This document shows, one piece after another, positions 11,601 through 24,674 of a stretch of DNA of 64,000 nt. The notes under the pieces are model-generated. The model was not told where the DNA came from. It did no database searches and worked only from the letters and a program-made list of their open reading frames with translations. The stretch's first letter is position 1. Every line of letters begins with the position of its first letter. The translations under genes and the position numbers were made by a program. Origin of the DNA: Lingula anatina (taxonomy: Eukaryota > Animalia > Brachiopoda); assembly GCA_051362555.1 (NCBI GenBank), contig CM120646.1, positions 1,178,001 through 1,242,000 of the forward strand, read 5' to 3'.

Positions 11601-14600
11601 TGCCGCTCACGTACACAGTGTACGTACGCACGACCATAACTGCTCTTCCCCCACCTTATAATTTCAAGTTGTGGAGAACACTGGATAATATGATAATCAG
11701 ACACACTTGAGACCTGTGAAGCGCATACTCACGTGTCGAGGAGTAGTTTTGCCATTGCCTCGTATGTGAGTCCTAACTCAGCTTTAAGTGTCCTCCACCG
11801 CCCCACCTCCCTCCCAACATACACAGTCTGAGTGCTTCTTCGTCTGTCTCTAATTTTCTTTCGTATCTTTCGAACTGGAGTGGCTATTTTCTTTCGCCCC
11901 CTTTTGTCGCTCTCCTCTTCAGACTTGACGCGCGTCTGAGCCATCTTTGCTGTTTTGGCGCCAAATAGTAATATCCGGGTCTCAGCCGTAGTACTTCATT
12001 CATAGTAAACCGCGAGACTTAGCGAGAAATTGCGCGTTCTGAAGCCGTACTGTGAGGTGGTAGCTGAGTATTTAAGACGAGTCGTCTTTTATTATTTAAT
12101 GGAACTTAAAAACGGTATTAGGTAGCTTCATTTTCTGAACGGTTTTGGATAGGATATACCTTGGTCATTATGGGGAAATTGGTGAGTTTTCCAGGAAATT
12201 TCATTTTCGTGCTATTTTAAGGGTTTAACGCGCTGAGACTGTCTTTAAATATGTCATTCTTTATTGCTTTATAAATCTAAAAGGACAAAATGTAATATGA
12301 AGTCAATCTCAGACCGGTTAAACTGTCACTTCACTAAACATGAACTCTTCTGTAATCATACTACCAGTTCACTGGCAACCATTGGGGTAACTACAACCCC
12401 CTTCACACTGGACGGCTGCGTCCTTTGTGCGACCATGAAACTGGCCTCACTGTTGTCGTAAAAAGGAGACACAAGCATCGCTTTGGTTGCAGAAAGAATG
12501 CTCAATAATCAGCCAGTTGTTAAGTTTTCTTTTTTACTCTTAAACGAGGCCATACTACAAGGAGGCTTAAATAAGAGGAGTACCTGTTCTTCGATGGAGT
12601 TGAACCTCTCTTCCAGGTAAGATGGCTCTTTGTTAGCCAGGGCTTGCTGTTTGGACCTCATCCCTAACATTGCGTCCTTCAATGCCTCCACATTCACAGA
12701 GGCAGTCTCTAGCCTGGAGGGTAAAATATCTTTATAAATAATATTTATACAACACGATTCAGCTCTTAAAGCATTTCCTTCACCATTTTGTATATTTTAA
12801 TCCTTCATAGATGCTATGGTCAGAATTGTCATCATATGTACAGCTATGAATGTACTGTGTAAGAAATATCAGGCACTGTGCTTAGAGAATAACAACTTTG
12901 GAGAACAGAATTAATTAGAAGAACAGTGCGCTTGTGTAGAGTAGAAATATGTTTGGTCAAAAGTACTTTTGAAGCAAAGGTCAGTAGCAGTGCAGCTGTT
13001 TATCATTCTCATCATTTCAAAGTCATACTCACATGTTCTTACTGTCCATGACCTGCATCTCCATCGTTGCCTTGTGAAGATGGGCGCGTCTTCGTATAAA
13101 CTCTTCTCCGTTCATAAACTCCCATTTATTGAGACGTTTAGACACACCTTCGTCTTTAATTCTCCATTCTGCAGGGGAAATAAGGGTATTAGTGCTCAAA
13201 ATAAGTTGTATTTGACATTAATATTACAGTTAAATTACTCTCTTGTAGGTTTCTTGTAACTTTGATTACAAATTTCAGGAAATGTTCTATTTAATACTTA
13301 ACAAAACTTTCTTAAAAAGTAATGCTTCTTAAGTCTAAAATAAAAGGCAATGCTTACAGGCTTTTATATAGAATTTAAAAATATCAACATATAGTTGAAA
13401 TTAGTCTTTGACAACTCTAAACAAATATCATACCAAAAACTCCTATAATCAATATGAAAATTAACAGGCATGGGTTGTATTTGATAACAATTTGCCCTCC
13501 ACACAACTTACTGAACACATTGCGTTTCCCAGCATTATGGGCTTTCTTACAGCAAATTCTCAGTACGGTACGGATGGAGAGGTATATATGGGATAAGATA
13601 ATGAGGGGCGGGGCCAGCGGGGGGCGCGTGTGGTACTCGTAAATGAGGAAGTAGCGTTGGTAGTGCCAGTAATGGTCTGTGTTTTCCTTCACCTTATCAA
13701 ATGTGTAGCTGCAGAGAGAGAGACAACAGTGATGGTAAACAACAATAGCAACAACTAGGACTATGACATGCGCCAGGATCTGCAATTGCCAACATTTAGC
13801 AGAGAATCGTACCTACCAGTCATTCTACAAAAATTGACTCTCTGGTTCATGTCACTGATGCACAAATTTTGTGATGTATTTGCATAAATGTTTTTTATCA
13901 CTGTAGTCTGTTTTTTTTTTTTTTTTTTTTCAACCACTGGTGTTATAGTATAATACAGCAAAATATGAACTGAACAAATCAGAATTATAAAAAGACTACA
14001 CAAAATGTGTACATCACTGGTGTGACTCTGAGAGTCATTTTTAGGGAATGACCCAAAAATTACATAAATAAATAACAAGCATGCAAAATGTATAATGGCT
14101 CAAGCAAGCATGATATATTTTGTTACCTTCAAAAATATTTTTACCTGCAAAAATATTTTCTCTTCGTGAAAAAGCAATAAATGACAATCTTTCATTTTTT
14201 TGCCTTTGGTCACCAAATAGTTTAAGTAATTTGTTTAATTTGGTTGAGAACAACACCTTACATGCCAAAGCAAAATCATGCTTTCAAGCTCTAGCATTAC
14301 CCTGAGTTTCAGAGAGCTGAAAGAGTGACAGGAACCATAAGTCACATGGAAAGGTGTCCTGTTATCAGTCATCAGTTATCTGAGACTCAGGGAGTACAAT
14401 AACCATAAATGCAACAATGACCGTAGCCTTGAAGATAGCTGGTATGAGGCTCCCTGAAATATTGACGGTTAAATTGCAACGTGAATATAATATATTACAA
14501 AGCCATTATTCTGAGCACCACAGTACAGACAATGACATGCCGTTATCTGGGATATGCTATCTGTATCCATAAACTGTTTACGATAACAATTTTTTTAATT

Positions 14601-16476
14601 CTCAAAACTACACTTTTTCAAATATTTGAATATTTAAAAATATTCAAACTTTTTTCAAGTTTCATCTTTTTCTGACACTTTCAATAAGGAATTTTTTCTC
14701 TCAAATCCAACTTATTTTTCAATAATTTGGAATCAACATTTTACATGTGTATTACTGATAAAGCATTTCTTGGAGAAAATTTCTGATTCATGTCACAGGA
14801 ATTTAAATAGCAATTACAGAAAACAAACTCTGAAACCCCCAGGTGGATTCTTGAAATCAACGAAATCAAAACTTTGCTGCAAATCACAATGCAATTGCGC
14901 TGCTTGATAATTATTATGCTTGACCATCTAAGCCACAAATTTCACATACATGCAAATAACACAAAACAACCGAACTTAAACACAAGAGAAAGCACTGTTA
15001 GTAGCAGGATACACGAATCCTAGTGTTTCATGCAGCGGTGAGTGAGTTAAACACGTGCATGGCATGCATTTAGTATCTACTGTCGAACACTGGGGGGGGG
15101 GGGGGGGAGACTGGGATTACTGGGGTGTGTTTCCATTTCAACGTACAGACTTAGGCCTGAGATAGTCTAAATGCGGCACAACATTGCAGATCTCTCAAAG
15201 TTGTGTCATTTTAGGTCCCTGGGGGTTTCCACATTGGGATCTTTATGAACTGGAGGCCACAGGGGGACAGGGGGGGGGGGAGGGAGAGGGGCCTTCATGG
15301 CATATGTCCCCCTGGTGGCATCTGTTTGGATGTTTCTGTTCCAGTTCAAAGTGGGGTTGAGGAATTTTTGAACTACAATGATAACCATATGACACCTTTA
15401 TGTAGGCCATATTCTACTGTGTTCCCCATACATGTGCATGTGTGATCTACCCCGCATGCACGACTTACTGAACAGATTCTGATGATCGTCTTTCCTTCTA
15501 CACCCGCACTGCCCCAGCAGCCATTCTATACCCATCTTGATGTGAGAGATAATTATAAAAGGGGGCGCCAGTGGAGGACGACGAAAATACTCATACGCCA
15601 GAGTGTAACGCTGAAATTTCCACACCACGTCAGCCTGGGCCTGCACCCGCTGGAATGTGTAGCTGGAGAAAAATATTGTGTTAGATGTGAATTGGAGAAG
15701 ACAAAACACAATTGATGGCCTCTGGAATGCATTATCACACCACTTCAGTCTGTGTCAGCACAATGTAGAATGTGAAGCTGGAGAAATGTGATTTTTTATT
15801 ATTGTGTTAGGTGCGACATGGAGAAGACACAGCACAATGTAAAATCTCAACATCATGTTAGCTAATGTGAGAACAAACTGGAAAATTGCAGCTGCTGGAG
15901 AAAATGAGATGAATTTTATTTAAAATGTAGCACAACTTTTGGAAAGTTTGTAGTGCTCAGCATTTCAAAAATTGAAAATTGGACACTTTTAAATCTTTTT
16001 CTTTTTCTGCTACATGTATTTTAGTAACTAATTGAAACAAAGTAAATCATCAACTGCAAATACAAAAATAAATAAGTACCCTGAAATTATAAGTTCTAAA
16101 ATAATGACTTGCTTGCTAATAATAATTCCCCCTAAATGTCATGAAATAAAGAGCAGTATAAGTTGTTTTCAACATCAGTGAAAACAGAGTTGTTCCTGAA
16201 GTCAAAACAATAAAAACTTCTTTTATTAACAGAACATTCATAAAGATTTTATTACCCATTAAGTGTAACTTTTTAGCCAATTTCCATATCCTTGTTTAGT
16301 CCTATTACAAGTTAAATAGGAAAACATTTCCCTAATGTAAAATATCTCCTTTGATCAATATTTTCATTGGTAAAACTAAAACACCACCAAATAAATGTGA
16401 AAATATAAAATTTCCCATATATACTTCAAATAAAGTGTGACCATGAACAGATATAATAATCTTACATATAATTAAC

Positions 16477-16517
<41 letters not shown>

Positions 16518-19500
16518 CATGCACGCACGCGTGCACACACACACTCTCTCCCTCTCTCTCTGAACACACACACACACACTACCCTATCCAAACCCAGGAC
16601 TTACCTAAACATGGCAATGAGGAGGTTAAACATGAGGATGTTGGTGAACAAGATGTAGAGGCCTAGCAGTATGGGGGTCACCCAGGTCCCTGCCTCTGAA
16701 GGACACCGCGGCAATGTACTATTATCAGCCAGGTCTGTGGTACAGTCAGTGATACCTACAACACAATGTGAATATATTATTAACAGGTGTGTGTATGTGT
16801 GTGTGTTTGTTTGTGTGTCATTGTGTGCATACAAGCGTGCATACCAAGAAACTGTAGAGGTAAGAGAAACACCACCATCACCATACTTCACAATATCAAA
16901 GAAATCACAACATATCTACCTTCAATATCCTCTAAGAAGAGCTCTCCATACATCTGCCAGTATGCTTTCCTCAGCACGTCCACAATAATCACTGGTGTAA
17001 GGTCCACGTTAGGATACAGAATAGCCTGCGACGCCAGGCCATACGCCAGCACAAATACCATCAGGATCACAAAGAAACCAAGCAGATCTATCACCTATAA
17101 AGATAAATGGAATATTTTACACAACAATATGACAAAAAAAGGACAATCCCAGATTTGATTTCTAATCATTACTTTAAAAATGAAGCTACAAAGATATAGA
17201 CAATTACCATTCTTCCAATCATCACAAGCATTGGCCCCAGGGTTTTCTGTACTGAAAAAATGTGGAGAATTCTGAACCAGAAGGTCATCAGATTCAGAGC
17301 CAGCACAATCCTTGCCGCCTCAAAGCAGCCCTCGCACCCAGGAATCAACCTCAGCACAGTACCCGTGAGAAAGAACAACAGCGTCACAACATCCACGACA
17401 TTCCAGGCATCATAAATGTAGCTCATTAACTTCAGGCGGAACACCGAGGCATCGTCTGCGAGCAGCTGCCGCACCTCTTCAACGAGGAGAGTGAAAACCC
17501 ACACCATGAGGATGTACTCGGCCGTGGAGACGGTGGGATAGAAGTTGGTGAGGAGGATGTAACTGAACAGCATCAGGAAACAGAGATATGAAATCTGGAA
17601 GTGGGAAAATACGTCTTAATTTGGTGGATAAAAACACATTGTCTATTAACTTTGAATTTTATGGTATACATATATGTTTAATAAAATGATGAAAATTTTA
17701 ACTGACTTAAAAATTCTGTATCACCCATTCTTTTATTCAAGTGTTCAATCACAGTCTTAGTCACCCTGTGTTTCAGAGTTCTGACATTGACTTCTACTAA
17801 CTCAGCTTTGATGATACAAGTGTGGATTTAAGCGAGTTTCTAACTGACCCTCAGGGTGATTCACAGCAGTTGCGAATTTTCAAAATATAAATAAATAAAT
17901 AAATCCCCAGGGGTGTGTACTTACACAGTTGTGCAAGAAGGTGGTGAGGGGTGCATTGTAGAAGAACCTAATCCTGTCGTACCAGGTCAGTTTACGCCCA
18001 GTATTTCGGATGTCTAAGCCTTCATCTCCGAGATTTTTCGCTCCAGGACCTGCGTCACTCGCCTTCTTTTTGAGTGGATAAGCAGATCGTTGACGCTTCA
18101 GGCTAAAAAGATTATTTGAAATTAGGCATTTCCTATTTTCTCATCAGACAGCATTATAAAACAAACTGTTTTGAAAGTTTGCACATGGGTCTTAACGAAA
18201 TTCACTATTGAAACAATAAAATAAAAAATTTGACCAGAAATATACTGAAAACATGACCAAGCATTTTTCAGATATCGAAGTGGTCCTTTTGAAAATATCT
18301 AAAATTCAAGCACCAAAGGTGTTCAGTTCTATATGGGAGTCTGAGGCATAAATAAAAAAAAAAAATATCCACATTTCTGAATAAATCTGGAAGTATTTCA
18401 TCTTTTAGTTTTATTATTTGCCAACAATTTGCCCCCTATGCATTGAACAACAAAAACTAAAAAAAGTGTCATCCATAATTACCCTCTTGGGTTGTCCTGC
18501 TTGCCCTTGTTCTTGTTGGCAAACCTACTTTGCTCATCTTCCCTGAAGTAGATCAACCCCAGCAGCAATGGAGGAAACAGAATAGAGAGCCAGATCTAAA
18601 ATAAAGATAAAAAATTCAGAGGAAATAAATCAAATGTAATAATTACTACTACTTACAGACAAAGCAACCTTATTTCTCATCTATATCTTAAATCCATATA
18701 TCACTATTTCTATCTATTTATTACTATAACTTTTGCTATCATTATTATTATTAGTTGATCATGTACTTATTTATTCATATACATATTTCTTCTTCATTTA
18801 TTCATAAGCTTAAGTTATTTACAAGTTTATCTATTATTAACTATTTTTAAATGAGACAATATATATAGCAATTACATGAAGAAAAAATTATACAAATTTC
18901 ATATCTAAGGTATTACAGCTAATTAAACAGATAACCCCCCCCCCCCCCCCCTCTCCACAACTTGTGATAAACTCCTCACCCTCCACAACTTATTCTTGTG
19001 AGACATCTTCCCCATCCAGATCTGGTTCAGCAGTGACTGGCAGCAGGCGTGAGAGATGAACGTCTTGTTGTCTCCCTCCACAGCGAGCTGGAGACATGTA
19101 GAGTTCCCGTAGTTTGGCAGTTCTCGGATCAGGAGTTCCTGCGAGGCACGAGCCTCGTCAGATAAATGGCACTCGTTGAGGACGCCACAAGCGATTTCCT
19201 CGTAGTATCTAAAGGGAGATTGAATATGTCATTTTAACAGAATTGGTCTATGATGCTGTATTATATGGGGGTGTATTTTTTGTTTAGAGCTAAATCATAT
19301 ATACATACATAAAAATCAAATTTGTGTTTAGAAAGCCTGATATCATTTTAAAAAAACATTCAATAAAATGTTGTGCCAGTTCTAGGCACCAAACAAACAT
19401 CCCTGACCAATACTTATGTTTGCCTGCATACAGAAACACACTGTCCATATATCCATATGAGTTTGAACTGAAGTTCTGGCTATTATCCATGAGGCTATAT

Positions 19501-22500
19501 TTTCACTTGGAGTTGACATGTGAAATATAAATGTAAAGTAAAGCTAGAGAACTGGGCTATATCAACATACTGTCCATGTTTCCGTAGTTTAGACTGGAGT
19601 TCCGTGTCCTCCGTGTGTTTCTGCATGGTCTGTAACATCTGGGCAGCAGTCAGGGCAGCTCCTATTGGTTCCTGGAATACAGCAGTTGATTGCAATTAAC
19701 CAGCCAATTAGGTATACAATAAGACAAGGTGTAAGATGATTAAGTTCCTTATCCTGTTCATGTCAAGTCTTATTTGGTCTAGAAAGGGAAGCGCAGTAAC
19801 AATTAACAACATGTGTGCTCAGACAAGAACTTTGGTCCTGCTCACATTAGTTCTAACTAAGACTATAACTACTAGGCAACATACCAGCAATATAAGTGTC
19901 TGTTCACACAAGAATAACACTAAGCATCTATAGGTAACAGACCAACTACACATAGCCTCAGACTCAACAAATTGATAAAATCACCATCTGCTCTGTATTC
20001 TACTCAATGCCAGGAGAAGGCGTGTTAATCCATTTAATATAATCTGATTGCATTCAGCAAGAGTCCATTCAGCTAGTGCACACTTACTCATTCTCAACGA
20101 CTCCTTACCTCCAGTCTCTCCCAGAACAGTTTGGACATTTCCATTCTGTTCATGAGCACTGCAAACACAAACAGCTCTCGAGCAGGGACATCAAAATACT
20201 CATGGTTTTGGTCTAAATCACTGCTGGATGCTGCTGTAGCTAAAATATGATAAAGTTAACATGAACAATTCTCTGGCTTGGATATCGTAAACGTTATGAT
20301 GTTTGACTGATGTTAATTAGTCTTTAAGTAAAGAATAATTCCATTTTATCAAGGTAGAGCACATGAAAAGCTATTATCTCCTTAGCCTTACAAAGCTGAC
20401 CTTATATCTTAAATTCTCAGAGACATATCACTTACACATGTGCCCTTCAGTCATGGAGTGTCTCCTCATTGGTAGCCGTGATTCCTCATCATCTTCACCA
20501 TAATATCTGATTAATAAATAGATATAACACATCGTACATGTGCTATCACCACAACAGAAAGAAGACCAAATACCACAATGATTATCATTTATAATTTATA
20601 CAGTATGAATGGTAATCAGTCATACCTTCTGGTCTTGGCGTGTCACTGGAGAATTTTCAATTAACATTTTAAGAAACATAACAGCGTGCCACTTAATTTT
20701 TTCAAGTTATTTACCAACACAATCCCCACCTTCACAAACACACTGTTTCAACTACAACATCTTGTCTCCACTAACACACTACATATCTCAACTAACACAC
20801 TGCATCTCAACTAGCACAGTTCATCTCTCAGACTCCGCCCTCATCTCTCAGACTCCGCCCACATGTCTCAGACTCCACCCTCACCTGGGATCTCTGGTGT
20901 ACAGAGGAGAATAAGAGTCCCCCATCAGTTCCTGGATCACCATGGCGATGTCATAAAGATTGACACACATACCCTAATGAAAAATCAAATTTCTTTTTAT
21001 AAATAAAGTTCTTGATATCTAAGAAAATGGCCTTACTTATCATTATAACAATGATTACATTCTAAAATAAGACCCTTACAAAAACTTCAATATATGTGGG
21101 AAATAATTTTATACACGTTATACTACATCTTGCCTGTGAGACATCAGTATGCTTTACATCAAAGAACACACACTTCAAACAATAAATGGTGTTAAATGAA
21201 ATATTTGCACTTTATTCACTGCACTTTTCTTTACAAAATCACCCAATATTTCTATATATTAGAGGTGATACCAACCTTTCTTTTAGGATCCCTGAATAAA
21301 TCAATCAGGGTGTTCAAGTAGCTATTTTCTGGAATCTGCAATTAAATGATCAGAAGTTACTGGTGTATAAACACTGTTTTTAAACACCAAAAAACATATT
21401 TTAATCTTATTTTAATTTCTCTCTTAAATTTCTACTTTTCTAAAGCAAAACAACACCCAAAAATGGTGGTCACCCTCATCCATTCTCAACATATGCCAAG
21501 GGTCCTTAAAAAACAAACAAAAATGAAAAAAAAAATGAAAAAAGAATTATATGTTGTGCTTGAAGCTCAGGAGCACCAATTACAATACAAGACATTATGT
21601 TACATTAACTACCCTATATACTTACACTGTCATATAGATCTTCTAGTCGATCCATTGTCAAGAAGTCATGGAGGTTGATACCATTATCTAAAAAGAGGCT
21701 GATGAACTGCACCTTTCCAGCCAGTACAGCAGTTTGCATGACTTGATTGAAGCCACCTTGCTGAAATGAGACACAAATATAAGAATATTAAGATTTATTA
21801 GACGTAATCGCCTCACCAATTAAAAGATAAAAGCACATCCCAGGAACAGTGCATTGTAAGATTCATAAACAGGATTTTGTCCTCTTAAATCTGCCTCTTC
21901 TTTTATTGTGGAATACCTGGGCTGAAATGCACATGCTGATGGAGCAATGTTTCTGTAGAAAAAAACTTGACTGTGTTTGAAGAAATCAAGGGTAACCAAA
22001 TTTTAAAGTTTATAATTTGATAACGAGGTAAAACATGATCTCCAAAAACTGAACAAAAATGCATATTGTAAAATAGAAATAAAAGTACTTACGTCCAATT
22101 TGTAGTCGTCTGTGAAGATTTCTGACTCCGCCACGTCTATTCTGTTCCAAGCTAAAGCTAGCCGCAGTTGTGTCAATGTCTCATTGCGATTGGCTGAATT
22201 AAAATGAAATGTAATAGCAATAAATTTTCTTGAAACACTGCTAAATTTCATCTGCTGTGTTATGTACTGAAAGTTACAATAACATTTTCAACTTCAAGTT
22301 ATCAGCACTCCAATATTTCAGTGACTACCAAACCACCTTCATCTGGGAATGCAGCCCCAGGTGGCAATGGCCCCATTCAGAATAGGGGACTAACTACATG
22401 TAGTCCGAGGGCCAAATATGGCTGACCCACTTGAATACTTCCCCATGGGATATTTATTCAGTGTCTATTAGCCAATTAGACGACAAGCTTTGTAGTGGGT

Positions 22501-24610
22501 TGCCAAATTTGACCATTGGACCCTATTCTGAATGGGGCCATGTATATTATGACAACCTAAATACTTAATGCAAATAATCATTAGAAGCACAGACAAACCT
22601 TTCAGTAAAGCATGCAAAATGGCCACATCAATGTCTTTGGCAGTTTCCCTTTGGTCTATGGTGAACACTGTCACCAAGTCACGATGGATCAGGGACTCTT
22701 TAATATACGTCACATTCTGAATCAGATTCGTTTCTCCAAATTCCTCTTTCACCATCTCCGTGATTTTCTTGTCAGTGAACTCATCTATCACTGTGATAGT
22801 CCTGCAATGAGAAAAAATATCTTCTTGTATATTTGATAGTTTTATAATAATATAAAAGATTAAATATTTTCTTAGACATTAAATTTCATCTTGCTGAGTT
22901 TAACTTAGCTTAGCTAAGCTTGGTTTAGATCAGTTAAGTTTATCTGATTCTGTTTAATTTTATCTATTAGTAATTGCAATTGAGTGTCTTAATATCACTC
23001 CAGGAAATGGCGAAGGCACAAAGTTCCCTTCTCCCAAACAATATTCCCTCATTTAATGAAAACAAACAGAATTTGCCTCTTCTTACCTTTAAAATTTTTA
23101 ATTTAAAATTTGAGAAAAAAATACTCACTTAGATTTTTTAGCCCCAGTCTGATCAACAACAGGGATAACGACTTCTCGAGAAAACTTGTAAGCAAAGGCA
23201 AAGATATCTGCTGCTCTGCCAGAGCCCTGGAAGCAAGAAATAAATAAATAAATAAACAACAATAACAACAACAATAATAATAATAAATCATATCTTTATA
23301 TCTCACTTGTAATAATTCTATTCAATTTAATAAAATCCCAAAACAACATGAATTTTGTTTGATAAATGACTATTTTGTACCAAATAATTAACAAATAAAC
23401 CAAAATTGTATAAATGATCAGCTGTTCCTTACGTCTACAATAACAGCAGGTGTCCCGTTCATGATGGCACTGTGAACAGTGTGGATGGTGCCAGGACCTC
23501 CTTCCACCACCACCAGGACTATAGGAATAGCTGGGGGAAAGGAAAATATATATGAGGCTGAATTCACATATTTATGGATGAAAATCTCTATGGATGAAAT
23601 CTGAATGCTATTTTCTTTAACAAAAATGAAGTATCAGTATAAAAAGTACATAAGCCTGAATTCACATATTTACGGATGATATCTGAATACTAGTTTTTTA
23701 TAAAAAAAAACAGATATCAGTTTGAAAACCTCTAAACCAAAAATCTTTTAATTCATAATTATATCGTCTGGGAGACTGCATAACAAGAGTTTTAGAAAAC
23801 TCAAATTTAATAAATAACATCATATTTGTAACTGGCATCAGGCAATTACTTATCCCCCCCTCTCTCGACCACCATTTGAAGACCCTCTCTACTTACTTGT
23901 ATCCACAGCATTCTTCTGCTTGGCAATCTCGTTCTCTAGTGCGGCCCTGAAGTCAATCTCTTCCCCAAAGATCAGTTCAGTCCCCTGATCCACCAGGATG
24001 AAGTGGGTGTGGTTGGGGTCCAGAGACGCAGCTCGCTTGTTGTTCTTCTGGGGTTTGTACATGGCTGGCCACAACCCCTGTAATATAAAGACTACAGATA
24101 AGTACTGCTGGCTACCGACACGTGTGGCTTGTAACGAAACTAGAATATGCACTGTATTCTCAAAGCTATATCTGTCAGACAGACAAATTAACCAATATCA
24201 GTGAAAAAACAGTCATCTTCACTAGAGTACATAATAAATATGAATAAATATAAATGCATAATAAACAAAATGATATACGTCTCATTACTTCTGATTTCTT
24301 GTCTCCAGCCGCCAAGTCCGTCAGCTGCTCTTTGCTGGCTACACAGCCCCAAGTGGCGATGCCAATGGTGACAAGTTTCTGCCGCGACCCTGCTGCGACC
24401 GTGTAGTCTAGAACTGCCTCTCCGACGTGCTTCATCACCCCAGCGTTCATACCGCCCGTGATAATCCAGGCACCTGTGAGGAAGGGAGATCTGTGTTATG
24501 TCACTATGTAGAACAGTATACTAGCTATAGGCAACACTGACCAGTGAGGAGAGAACTGCTGATCAAAATACCCAGCCACTTCCTGGGGTGATGGCAATTT
24601 ACCTGCCATT

Positions 24611-24674
<64 letters not shown>

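Larger units (their letters stand above)
10926..12244 (-). mobile_element. Non-autonomous Kolobok-like DNA transposon in a TRPM intron
   Basis: Flanked by TTAA (10922-10925, 12245-12248). Imperfect TIRs AGGACAACTCAGTGGGTTA / reverse complement AGACAGTCTCAGCGCGTTA. CpG-rich inside a CpG-poor gene body; carries a short spliced ORF (11944-11733). Confidence 0.65.

Noticed and set aside
13512-15662. Interpretation as two separate TRPM genes or a haplotype-duplication artefact
   Set aside because: Only this one exon is duplicated, the copies are highly diverged yet both intact, and the flanking introns are unrelated.
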